Assembly: GCA_050084985.1 (NCBI GenBank) | Contig: JBITNC010000002.1 | Location: 4,588,001-4,652,000, forward strand | Length of the DNA: 64,000 nucleotides | DNA from: Nageia nagi | Taxonomy: Eukaryota; Plantae; Pinophyta | Reading direction: 5' to 3' | Part shown: one piece after another, positions 54,401 to 64,000 of the stretch | Numbering within the stretch: the stretch's first letter is position 1 | Layout: every line of letters begins with the position of its first letter | The notes under the pieces: generated by a model | Database searches by the model: none | The model's input: the letters and a program-made list of their open reading frames with translations, nothing else | Told to the model about the DNA's origin: nothing | Translations under genes and position numbers: made by a program

Positions 54401-55109
54401 TGTATAAAATGTGTACTCCTCGATGATCGTAGCACATTAAGGAGCCTTAAAAAGGAAGATGCCTCGCTGTCTATAGATTGTGACTAAATCAAATAGTGTT
54501 ATCAATCTAAACTCTACTCTTAAACCCTGTCCAAGAATCAACCAAGTTTTGCTTCTGAACAGAGGTGTACCTGTGAATGCTTATGTACATTATGGAAAAA
54601 ACAATGAGGAATGTAGGACTTTCGTTCATTTGATCATGAAACAGTATGGTATAGTGACCATTAAAACAATATTTGCTACTTACTCTCTTAAATCTTCCTG
54701 TGTCCCTTCATTTACGCTAAATTGGACATTATCTTGCTTTTAGTTAACTGAATTTGAAGTTCTTTTTCCTTGCTTACCCAAAGCGGCCAGTCTTCCACGC
54801 CTGCTCACGCTTCTGACTGTCTCCTATCCTGGAAATACTCACGAAATCCTCCTCCGTAAACTGCGAGTCGTTGTACGCCAAAAGCGCCGGTCCCTGCCAC
54901 TCCTTCAACTGCTCGCAAAGCAAAGACTGCGTTCCGTGAATTCTCCGATCCAAACAAAAGCACACCTTTGTAGCCCCCGCATCATCCGCATTCTGAATAA
55001 TCTCCTTCAACACCGTCGTGCCCTCCGGATAATTGATCAAAACCTCTCTAATTCTCCTCGTCAGATCGACCTTCTGTCCAAAGTCCTCCACAAGAAGTCT
55101 TCCCTCCAT
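6235..55109 (-). CDS. SACS: Sacsin-like protein (plant type, three GHKL/HATPase_c-like sacsin repeats), 12 exons visible, 3' end outside window; two 1-bp frameshifts
   Basis: N-terminus MEGRLLVEDFGQKVDLTRRIREVL; sacsin-repeat motifs EIIQNADDA/ELVQNADDA, GRFG(V/L)GFNSVYH, GTLFRFPLR, AFCFLPLP, VHVNGYFELSSNRRDIW; all 11 internal introns GT-AG with matching phases; exon sum 14,085 nt. The symbol denotes family membership (SACS-like). Confidence 0.95.
6501..7448 (-). CDS. SACS: Sacsin-like exon 11
   Basis: tgcAG|GAA-CTT-GAC (ELD...QVQFHPLRPFYAGEI...KLKYGRVP...TQYK)|GTGAG (phase 0). Confidence 0.9.
7572..8101 (-). CDS. SACS: Sacsin-like exon 10
   Basis: tgcAG|AT-ATA (DILELQKVSFIPVANGTRLV...DVVIE)|GTAAG (phase 0). 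Confidence 0.9.
9400..10035 (-). mobile_element. 5'-truncated Penelope-like retroelement (GIY-YIG endonuclease remnant; Dryad-like)
   Basis: Minus translation IFRPLNKL...KDIYKIICECGTR*IGETRRSTHAKVKEH, then VEHVDKTKQHI...RRIREAIEIKLNPNSINRDQGLEISRAWLP. Confidence 0.88.
10503..10635 (-). CDS. SACS: Sacsin-like exon 9
   Basis: tgcAG|GTT-ATG (VMGKYGGEETLARWP...LSSS-G)|GTCTT (phase 1). Confidence 0.88.
10749..13766 (-). CDS. SACS: Sacsin-like exon 8 (3.0 kb; -1 frameshift at ~12570)
   Basis: tacAG|G-AGA-TAT-ATG (RRYMSYNLAP); ORFs 12545..13759 and 10740..12584 overlap in different frames; ends RHLQ|GTTTA (phase 0). Confidence 0.9.
15803..16570. mobile_element. Solo LTR (768 bp), TSD GCCTG
   Basis: TGTAATGTCCCC...TATTACA; GCCTG at 15798-15802 and 16571-16575; 5' terminus like the LTR at 61429. 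Confidence 0.88.
17874..18145 (-). CDS. SACS: Sacsin-like exon 7
   Basis: ttcAG|GTA-CAC (VHLLTW...EKKWRKFQLS...GSGQTRNMALD-AG)|GTGTG (phase 2). Confidence 0.9.
19550..21800. mobile_element. Probable retrotransposon-derived segment, boundaries uncertain
   Basis: Non-coding, LTR-like composition, PPT-like AAAAAAAGGGGG at ~20524; no TSD identified. Confidence 0.3.
24234..24454 (-). CDS. SACS: Sacsin-like exon 6
   Basis: tgcAG|GT-ACA-GAT (GTDLPGRFHDQF...IVRMPL...LLFLKSVEQ)|GTAAT (phase 0). Confidence 0.9.
24800..25516 (-). mobile_element. Ty3/Gypsy integrase C-terminal remnant
   Basis: SYSPFEVCYGFQ and LKPI*YGSYT...IGENAFKLDIPSQLGIHAVINVNKLKWYEPP (GPY/F module). Confidence 0.8.
25517..26256 (-). 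mobile_element. LINE 3' fragment with (TTTC)-type tail
   Basis: HCLYKGFRGFLSTFFYYPNQRCLALFLRE; 3' end motif TGGT(C/T)ACCTGTGGACATTAATATATTTTCTT shared with 27021 and 49609 copies. Confidence 0.75.
26257..29940 (-). mobile_element. Long LTR-like element (same family as 44657..49136) with decayed internal ORF, interrupted by a LINE; right boundary uncertain
   Basis: Starts TGTTGGGATGTTTT; 26340-27020 and 27658-28010 align with 44685-45610; broken minus-strand ORF pieces 28230-29705. Confidence 0.7.
27021..27657 (-). mobile_element. LINE 3' fragment with (TTTC)n tail inserted in LTR-like element
   Basis: (GAAA)n at 27021-27039; YYNIRDRYYCLF...FLQYPDQRFLALYF; flanks rejoin to match the uninterrupted paralog at ~45365-45390. 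Confidence 0.82.
30980..31264 (-). CDS. SACS: Sacsin-like exon 5
   Basis: tttcAG|GT-GAA-TAT (GEYQGP); ends YSLQ-G|GTAAA (phase 1). Confidence 0.9.
31485..32989 (-). CDS. SACS: Sacsin-like exon 4
   Basis: Acceptor cacAG|C-TTG-TAC (LYDPRVPEL); ends QPNL-G|GTCT (phase 1). Confidence 0.9.
33569..33695. repeat. 45-bp tandem repeat, ~3 copies
   Basis: AGCTAAAAACAAT..TAAACAGGCT...TGAAATATGTTTATG starting at 33569, 33614, 33659. Confidence 0.85.
35157..41093 (-). CDS. SACS: Sacsin-like exon 3 (5.9 kb; second GHKL-like repeat; +1 frameshift at ~35681)
   Basis: Acceptor ttttAG|GAA-CAT (EHLCSAGHAFCFLPLP) in frame with ORF 35634..41045; continues in ORF 35147..35707; donor AG|GTATTG (phase 2). Confidence 0.9.
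46511..48870. repeat. Array of ~45-50-bp palindromic repeats with variable spacers (~10 copies), split by a solo LTR
   Basis: Perfect 22-bp palindrome AAAAGTCATAATTATGACTTTT at 46525-46546 and 48472-48493; degenerate copies near 46730, 46875, 46936, 48243, 48388, 48606, 48749, 48820. Confidence 0.85.
46975..48152. mobile_element. Solo LTR (1178 bp), TSD TTTTG
   Basis: TGTGAAGTCCCC...TCTTTACA; TTTTG at 46970-46974 and 48153-48157; paralog of 4710..5865. Confidence 0.92.
50406..51132 (-). CDS. SACS: Sacsin-like exon 2
   Basis: Acceptor tttcAG|G-GTT-GGT-TTC completes GRFGVGFNSVYHLTD; ends NNLGK|GTAAT (phase 0). Confidence 0.92.
51585..51965 (+). mobile_element. Highly decayed Ty3/Gypsy reverse-transcriptase fragment
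   Basis: KEMLEIGIIK, VMVPKKDDAW, KDKFPI, and frameshifted YHQIRI...AFRT..G-like stretch. Confidence 0.72.
53393..54700. repeat. Degenerate ~180-bp tandem repeat, ~7 copies, intron 1
   Basis: Anchor CCACTCTTAAACCCTGTCAC...AATCAAGTTTCACTTCTGAATA recurs with TTCTG at ~53468, 53643, 53847, 54017, 54200, 54333, 54553. Confidence 0.88.
54778..55109 (-). CDS. SACS: Sacsin-like exon 1 (start codon; N-box of first GHKL-like repeat)
   Basis: ORF 54774..55109; ends ...KTGRF-GG|GTAAG (phase 2). Confidence 0.92.
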
Positions 55110-55780
55110 TCTCTACTATCTTGCAGATGTTAAATTCTTTCTTTCAATGGCCGCCGGAATTCGGACAAAGTATGCTTGAATTTCGCATCTTTCGAATATT
55201 ATTGGGAGAATTTTGGATTCAGTTTAACAGATCTACCGGCATGAAATACGAATATCTATGAAATTTGGATTACAATGATTTATTAGAAAACGCAGAACCC
55301 GGGTTTGAACCCCATGGAGCTTTGGCCTTCGCACCCGGATCTTGGGCGTAAATATACAATGGAAATATTACCGGGCAAGCAAAGATATTTAGCGGACATT
55401 GTACGAATGAAATGAATGAAAAAGTGAATGTTACTTTAATTCCAAAAATAAAAATAAAAATTATATATATATATATATATAATATATAATACATATATTA
55501 ATTAGTGGACCTTTGCACATTTCCACCTAAAAGTTGAGAATGTGAGCTGTTACATGGATTCGCTTATATTCAAGAGGTTGATGTATTTTAATTTTTTTCT
55601 TACTACTTTTAGGAGAGAGGATTCAATAAGTGAGCGCGTACCAATGGTTACGAGGGTTATTGTTATATATTTGTTTATCCATAGAATATATTCATTAAAT
55701 TATCGATTTTTATAAATTTTTGTACTAATAAGTATAATATAAGTAATCATTTGAAATTTATTTTAAATATATTATTGATA

Positions 55781-56217
55781 GGGAAGAAGATTCAATTGTG
55801 GTGCATTTCAACTTTACAAATTTTAAAACTCGATTTAATAAAGTTGAATCATTCTAAATTTTTATAACTTCATCTTTTAGTTGTTTGTTTATAACTAAAG
55901 TTTTGAGTCGTCATCATCAAATTTGATAGGTTAATCATATATGTGACTTAGCGTTTAATTACTAGTGCAAGTGTAATTGATGATGGGGGTTGTAACTGAC
56001 CCTAATGGGTATGAGTTTAGAAAAGTGTTATTTTGGATAGTTTCTATGATGATACATAATTATCCTATCAAATTTGATGATGACAACTCGAAACCTTAGT
56101 TATAAGCAAACAATTGGGCAAAGAAGAAACTTTAAAAAATTTAGAGCAATTCGGTTTTATTAAGCTAGATTTTAAAAAGCATAAAGTTAAGGTGCACACC
56201 TATTGGGTCCTCTACCC
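55781..56217. mobile_element. Foldback/MITE-like element with ~165-bp inverted arms, flanked by TA
   Basis: 55781-55942 is the reverse complement of ~56052-56217 (e.g. GTCATCATCAAATTTGATAGG / CCTATCAAATTTGATGATGAC); termini GGG...CCC with TA on each side. Confidence 0.85.
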
Positions 56218-56430
56218 TATAATTTCTAGTTGTGCAACGGTAAATCTTTTTAATGTAATTGATAATACTAGCTCGACACATTACGAGAACTACAAGCTCT
56301 TGTTGAACCCAAGTCTTCATGCTCAAACTGAACATCTCCACCAATAAGCCAAACCCTGTGGGCTAAGATATTTGAATTTAAACAATCAAACATTTATTTA
56401 TTTTTTAATTTATTTTAACATGAATTTTTG

Positions 56431-56690
56431 AAAATTTAAGGTTGAACGTAATAGATTTAAAAGTTGGGATATTTGAGCTTCAAATCTTGTTATAAGAGAT
56501 TTTCACACTCATTTACTCTAAATTCATTTAATATGAGCTCATGAAAATTTAAGTTTAACTTCAATATATTTAAAGGTTAAGATATTTGAACTTCGAACCT
56601 CCTTAATAAGATATCTCAAAATCAATTTACTCCTCAATTCGTTTAATATGAGCTCACAAAATATAAATTTGATTTTAATATATTTAATGG
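56431..56690. repeat. ~113-bp tandem repeat, ~2.3 copies
   Basis: GATATTTGA.CTTC and TTTAATATGAGCTCA recur at ~113-114-bp spacing. Confidence 0.75.
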
Positions 56691-56792
56691 ATATATATAT
56701 ATGACTTGAGGAGAAGTTCAATATTTCTCAATGATCATTTTCTCATCATAATATAAAATTAAAAAGATTAAGCGCATGTTTAAAAGTGAGTG

Positions 56793-56794
<2 letters not shown>

Positions 56795-56870
<76 letters not shown>
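56795..56870. repeat. Compound microsatellite (AT)28(AG)10
   Basis: Read directly from the sequence. Confidence 0.97.
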
Positions 56871-56873
<3 letters not shown>

Positions 56874-59800
56874 ATTAATTGATTTGTATAATTGGTGTAT
56901 TCATTGATTGTTCATTTGATTTGTATATATAATTATATTTTGAAGCTAGATGGTAGTTAAGCTTTCTTTCGTAAAACGATATAAGTATATTATTATCTTA
57001 AATAGTTAATTTTTATATTTATATTGTATTTTACATGTTACTATATTTAGCTTATATATTCTTGTGGTATAGTTCATTTGACATAATGTGACTATATTGT
57101 ATATATTTTAAAACTTAGTTTCTATGTTTTTCCTACATGATTTTCTAGGTATGATGGTGCATGTTAAACGAGTCCATTATTTTACATTTGTTATAATGTA
57201 CCTTAAGATTATAGCAATATACCTTAGGTTCATTAGTTGACATTTTTAACATTATAAATAATTTAATATTTATATAAATAAATTTACATTTCAAGAGTTG
57301 AATTTTTTATTTTTTACATTGCATGGAAGAAAGAAAGAGATTTGATTAACATCCTTGGAAGACCAAGAGTAGTCAATGGGACCTTGTAGGGTGGGTCAGT
57401 ACATAACATGTGTCTCACTCATGTTGGGAATCAAATGTGGGATGCTTTATACAACAAGATCACCAATGGACCAACTCAACCAACAAGGTCATGAGAAATT
57501 TAGTTCTTAAGCATAATTTTGAATCATATAAAAATAAGAAACTTGGTTGTTTGAAAATAATCAAGTTCTTTTGAATATATTAGTCATTATAACTTATTCA
57601 ATACATTCTTAGCATTTTGGGTGCCATTTTATTCACACATTTAACATTGGGTCTAGTTTCTTGCATACAATATCTTCATTTATAATTGATTATTATTTGT
57701 GAATCTTATCCAATTGAAAGTTTCTACTATACGTTGAAAGCTAAAAAAATTATCTTATGGATATGAGGATCTCATTCCTTAATCTTTCGATAACATAAGA
57801 GGGTCTCTCATTGCTTATTTTCCATAACACTTAAACTTTATATGAGGTAAAAGTTATATACAATGGATTAAAAAGGGATAAAGGTAGGTGAAGACAATAA
57901 TCCACACTTCCAACAAGTTTATACCTCCATATTAAGTAATCATTTACATATAAATGAACCCAAAAAAACCGATCATAATTATAAACTTAACTATGGTATC
58001 AAAAAATATTTTTAAAAAATCAGCAATATTTTCTTATCAATTAAATATTTATAATGTTATTTAGGTGAACTGGATGGATATATGATTCGAAAGTTGTGAC
58101 CTTTGAAAAACAACCTATCAATAATATCATTTACAATTGATTTTGATACCATCTTTAAGTAAACAACTTTTATTATATTTATTTATTAAATGGTTCATTT
58201 AATTAATGTACACTTCAATATGTATTAGACTTTATCATGTTATAATATTATGTTACTTTTACGTGATTTGTTAGTGTTGTAATACATGGAAAATAATTAA
58301 GCGGTAAAACATAGCTAATTAACATAATATATTATTATAAAGATGAAATAAACCTATGGAAAATAAATAACAAGTTGATAAACTTGAATGTTCATTTCAA
58401 AATGACCTCAAATGGAAGGTCTTAAGAGGTCTCCTTCAAGTAGCTATAAGTCGTAAACAAAATAGCATTAGAAAATATGATGTGGGACTTGTCTTAACAC
58501 ACAAGGATGAACTTTAAAGGTTTGATCAATCCCCTATATTATTTAAAATATTATGAATATAAGGAGATATAAAATATATATTAAATCAAAAAATTAAATT
58601 AAATAAATGGTTACACATGTTCTTGATACCAATGTGAACAATACAGGTGCCAAGTTGGGGTCCTAAAATGAGTTTTTTATAAACCAAAAGAAAGAAAAAA
58701 ACATATCACATATCATAAGTTCTTAATATATTTATAAAATATATCGAGAATCATCAACATATGACACAAGCATAAAAACCAAATGCATATATACGACAGA
58801 AGGGAAACAAAATTAATGAATGCATGTATGATCACACATACAGATATAGTCAACACAAATGTATCTACATGTATATTATTAACATATATCTAAGTACATC
58901 ATGTACAATATGGGATACAAAAGGGGTAATGGCAAAATCAAAATCATATATAACATATAAGAAATAATCATTAACCCATGATTATTAAAATAAGCTTGGT
59001 GATTTTATTATACAATTTAATTATATGAGAAACGATCGTTCAAATACTTAATTGATATATTTCCTTTCTTTTCTTATTTGGAAAATTTTTGATAAATCTT
59101 ACAAATATTTATGTTTAAAGGATAGTAAAGGATTTATCTTATTTTAAATGTGTGAGTCAATTACATACATAATTAGGATGAAGGAGCATCATGTCAAGGA
59201 CCTACATTACTCTCTCCATATCCCTTCTTCACCTACAAAACCTCCACATAAGGCTTAGTAATTATGTTGTAAGGAGGAGCTATAGTACCATATGCATAAG
59301 AGTGCCATAATACCATAAGCAACTAATGTGATGTGTTTTGATGTTTTTATTTATAGTGTGTTGTCAACATTAGATCCCTTTCATGTCTTCTCAATATCAT
59401 TGTTAATGATCACTAAAGTGGTATTAAAAGGGAAGCTTGCTATATAATCTTCAATATTTTAGTAAGAAATATGAATCAGATTCAAGTTTGTTATGCTTAT
59501 CCAATTAATATTTTGTATCATGTTATTCAGATACATGTTAAGCACCATTTGTTTTCTTCTTATACACTTTTGTTTCTCTAGTTTAGAACTAATTTATGGT
59601 ATAAATGCTACATGGTCTTTAATTCAGTATAAGTCATATATTTCTAGGTTGTTATTAGTACAAACATCATTCCTCCACTTGTATGGATTTTACAAAATGT
59701 AATATTTTATATAAAAAAGAGGTAGTTTATGCAGACATCTAAATATGATTTTGTATTAATTTATAAGTAATACTCTAGGTATCTAAAAAGATAATTATTA

Positions 59801-61219
59801 ACAATACAAGAATCAAGGCTAATGTGTTATTAAAATATTATATCATGTGTCAAGTTCAAATAATGTCATTAATCATCATTGTATCTAGATATTTTTTCAT
59901 ATTACAAAGAATATGTAATTACCGATATTATTGGCCTTCACCTTTTTCTACGTCTTTGCAAATATAAAAGGAGGAACTGAGGTTAATGACATGTATCAAA
60001 TCTCTCTGATATGTGGTTTTCAATACATAATTGCATATTATTGGTATATTTTGATAATTTTTTATGCTATTAGCTTTATGATACATGCTACTATCTTTAC
60101 ATACCCTAATATGAATGATGCATGCAGTGTTGGTGCTTTATAACTATAATGCACACATTATTTTGCTTTGATCACCAAAGAGAAAGATCTAAAGGATGAT
60201 AAGCATAAATTTAGATCATTGCACATTCATTATCGATTCATCTCAGATCCAATCCAATACACTACATATTGAGTCATATCACAAGGATTTCGACTATATC
60301 AAGGGTACAATTTCTTAGTATTAGAACTAAGAACCTTGATAAGTATATTGCATCTATATTATAGCCTTTATTTATTGCATTTATTGCTATAAATCATTAT
60401 TTAGAGACTACATTTTGGTGACCCCAACCTTCTTCAACCAAACACCAAGTTTGTGTTCAAATTGAATTTTCTTTCTATGGAGTCATTATTTTAATAAACA
60501 TGAGTCCTTTGGCATTGTTATGTCTTCCTTTGTATGATGTTCTTAGAATTATTATAAATCAAATAGATAACAATATGGTTTGTTATGCTTTTATTCTTAA
60601 AAATAATTTACCTTTAGAAGAATAACCTAATATTTCAAAAGAAAAGGTTTATTTTCGAGAATAAATAATAAGTGTAAGAATAAATAATATTGAGGAACAA
60701 TTTGAAGAACTAGATTCTACTAATAGAATTATGACATATGAAGAATGTGTTACTAGATCTAATTGCAATGATAAAGAACAACAACACATTGAATTTATAG
60801 GTTCAAGAAAAATAAATATAATATGAAAAACACCTAGTAGATATCAAATTGAAAATGAAGAAGAAGTTAATAGTGAAAACAAAGAAGATCAAGTGGTAAC
60901 ATTTGAATCTCAAATTGATTTGAATATTATTCTTCCCGATGTAAAAATATATAACTAAATTGATATTTCTTTAAAAATGAATAGAACATTTTATTGCTAA
61001 TCCAAAAAATTATCAAGCTATTTTCAATATCTTTGAATAAAAAGAGATAATTGATGTGCTTCATGAAACAAATAATTCACAAAGTTTAAATTCTTTATTT
61101 TAATATGAAAATCCAAGTTTGGCCAAGCTATATGTCTCTTCAATCTGCAAAACAAATGGCACTAACATTATTCCATACTGTAATCATGATATTGACTTCA
61201 TTGATTTAATAAATCTATA

Positions 61220-62337
61220 TTGATAGATTTTTATGGTTCACAAGTCTCCAAGGATGGTGAATTGAGGTACCAACTCTTATATCATGATAGAATTTGTAAG
61301 GTTTCCAAGTTTCAAAGCTAGTGCATTGCAAGCTCGACCAATGGAAGATGCCACATGGGAAGGACCTGATATACTCACACATCCTACCTTGAATTACTTA
61401 AGGGTAAGAAATTTGGGAGTTATAGACTTGTAATGTCCCATTATCATGATGATTCATCCACATGGGATGGTGTGTCCATGTTGGAGAAGAATTGTAGCAC
61501 CTTATGCATTGTAATGAGCCCAATGGACTATTATTTTGTGATGCACCATGTTTAGGGATGTGTAGGAGTATTTTAATGCATTTAGTATGGTTGTAGGAGT
61601 GAGTCTTAACTTGTTTATATCTTTGAGGCACCCAAATAGGGATGTCTACTTCATTAATGATAATTCACATATTTATTATGGGGATCCTAACACCATTAGA
61701 GAATTCTAGAGGAGATGTCCACCTTGGTATGACTCCTAGGTGAGATTTATCCTCATGGTGAGATGTCCAACTATAACGAGGGATGACATAGATGTTGAGG
61801 ATCATCTTTGGACTATTATTTATTTTATGCTTTGACTTGGCTACCAATCTTATTTACTACTAGATTGAGAAACCTCACCAAGCTCTTCATACCCTAAGAA
61901 GGATCAGAAGCCTCATCAATATTTTATGCCCTTAGTGAAGCATTATTAAGCTCCTTGTGAACTTGTTACTAGTTCATCTAGCTTGGGGAATCCTTTACTT
62001 CAACATTCAACTTTGAGATCTAGGGTTAGAGGCCTTAATAGTGTGAACTTAACCTTAGAGGAGAAGTTTGAGATCTTGGAAGCATCAAATCTAGCCATTA
62101 AGCCATACATTCAACTATTTTGGACATCATTACTTCATTTATTAGCTTTAAAGGATTTTATTTAGACCTAAAGGCCATTTGGATGTTTTCTACTTACTCA
62201 TTATGTTAATAAATAATTCATATTTGATTCTTGGCATCCATACTTGGTGTTTTCTTGATTTTTATCGATGCAATTTTAGCAATTCCTATTTTTTATAACT
62301 TAGAATATTACAAAGGCAAATATTGAAAGGTCTTACA
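61220..62337 (+). mobile_element. 3' end of chromoviral Gypsy element: chromodomain remnant plus 3' LTR (61429-62337)
   Basis: PMEDATWEGPDILTHPTL at ~61338-61390, purine-rich tract, then TGTAATGTCCC...GGTCTTACA. Confidence 0.75.
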
Positions 62338-64000
62338 TATGTATGATACTTTATATGTTCCAAAGTCGAAGAAAAATATGTTGAGCATTGATCATATGTG
62401 TTAGAAGAACTAAAAAAAGAGTTCCACCATCAATAATAAGATCAATGTCCAAGTTATTACCATTATTATCATGTCTAAGAATAGAATGTACATGCCCAAA
62501 ATGTAGCTAGTTATTTTCAAATGCCTAAAGACCACTCTTGATCCTACCTGGTTGTGGCATAAGAGGTACGGACACCTTAATTTCAACTCATTATATGGAA
62601 TACACAAGCTCATGAAATGTATACCAACCTTTTTAAACCTACTAGATACTTTATGTGAGAGTTGCATATTCAAGAAACAACATAGAGAGAAATTTTCCCA
62701 TCATTAACATAGATCCCAAAAGCCTTTAGATTTGATGCATTTCAACATATGTAGACCTATGCAGATTATGAGTACGACTAAGTGCATGTATATACTTATT
62801 TTTACTAATGATCATTTTAGAATGAGTTGGTTGTATTTGTTATAGTCCAAGTCAAATTATTTTGACTCTTTTACCAAGTTCAAGGCCTTGGTAGAGAACC
62901 AAATTAACTATCGCATTAAGAAGTTTTGCATTAATTATGATGGTGAATTCATTTACAATGAATTCAAATACTTTTGCAATAAATATGACATCAAATGGTA
63001 ATACACAATAGCGTATACTCCTTAGCAAAATGAAGTCATTGAGAGAAAGAACCAAACAATCATTGAGATGGCCCAATACATGTTGAGGGAGATGGGTATG
63101 GATAACAAATTATGAGGTGAAGCTATTCATACAATTATTTATATTTTGAATTATTGCCTAACAAAAATTATGCAATATTCAACCTTCTGAAAGGGTTGGT
63201 TTGTAAAAAAACCAAGTATTTCACACTCGAAGATCATTTGTTCTAAATATTATGTGCATATCCCTAAAGAGAAAAAGAAGAAGTTAGATTTGAAATACAT
63301 CAAGTGTATATTTATTGGATACTCTTATGATTTCAAAATCTATATATATTATGATCCAATCACCAATAAGTTTCACATCAGCTAAGATGTGATCTTCATT
63401 GAAGGCGAAGTATATCGGAAGGAGTCAGATGGGCTAGTCATCACTTGAGAGTTTGAAGACTCCAGCTTCAATGAACTTATTGAGACCTTATAGCCTAAAT
63501 AGTCTAACATCCATATCATGACATTGCCTTCCTACATAAGCAATGTGCATAAGAACAGAGTCATTATCCACACTCTTAGATGTTGGAGGATGATTTTGTT
63601 ATAAGAATGACACAACCAATCAAGGGGAGGTGATTATATCAACCACATGTTGGTGTCATATTCATTCATTGAGCCTACCAACTTCAAGGAAGCAACAATG
63701 AATGATGATTAGTAACAAGAAATGGAAGATGAGATTGATGAGATCTAGAAAAATAACTCTTGGAAGCTTATCCCCCTTCCAATGAACAATAATGTTATTA
63801 GCATCAAATATCTAAAAACTTACGTATAATGTTGATGACAACTTATCCAAGTACAAAGATCACCTAGTAGCGAAAGGCTATGTTTAGGAATAAGGCTTGG
63901 ACTACGAGGAGACATTTTCTCTCATAACAAAATTAAAGATAATCAGGTCTCTACCAACTCTAACATCATATTTTGATCTTACTATTTACCAAATGGATGT
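62338..64000 (+). mobile_element. Decayed Ty1/Copia pol (GAG-pre-integrase, integrase, start of RT)
   Basis: LYVPK..KNMLSI, LWHKRYGHLNF, CESCIFKKQHREKF, YTP*QNEVIERKNQTIIEMA, EPTNFKEA, LVAKGY...GLDYEETFS, YQMD in integrase-before-RT order; many stops. Confidence 0.92.

Noticed and set aside
55290-55350. tRNA gene (GGTTCAAACCC B-box-like on minus strand)
   Set aside because: No A-box or cloverleaf could be built.
60405-60430. LTR end plus primer-binding site (ACTACA-TTTTGGTGACC)
   Set aside because: No matching LTR start or recognisable gag could be established.

Overview
Eukaryotic (land-plant, probably conifer) genomic DNA, not prokaryotic. One minus-strand sacsin-like gene dominates the window. 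It starts at the ATG at 55109, and 12 coding exons can be joined with canonical GT-AG sites and consistent phases down to 6235 (14,085 nt, about 4,695 codons). The terminal exon, which in plant sacsins carries a RING finger, is not seen and probably lies beyond the left edge. Two single-base frameshifts interrupt an otherwise stop-free CDS: +1 at about 35681 and -1 at about 12570. The introns and upstream region are a patchwork of decayed, nested transposons. These include three short solo LTRs with perfect 5-bp TSDs, a family of very long LTR-like elements carrying arrays of palindromic 45-60 bp repeats separated by variable spacers, several (TTTC)n-tailed LINE fragments, Gypsy and Copia pol remnants, a foldback MITE near the promoter, and a ~180-bp tandem repeat in intron 1. 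There is also a Penelope-like GIY-YIG remnant (Dryad-like) with a possible decayed hammerhead ribozyme. The best candidate for something little described is the palindromic repeat-spacer array plus embedded ORF in the giant LTR-like elements. All calls were made by eye, with no database searches.
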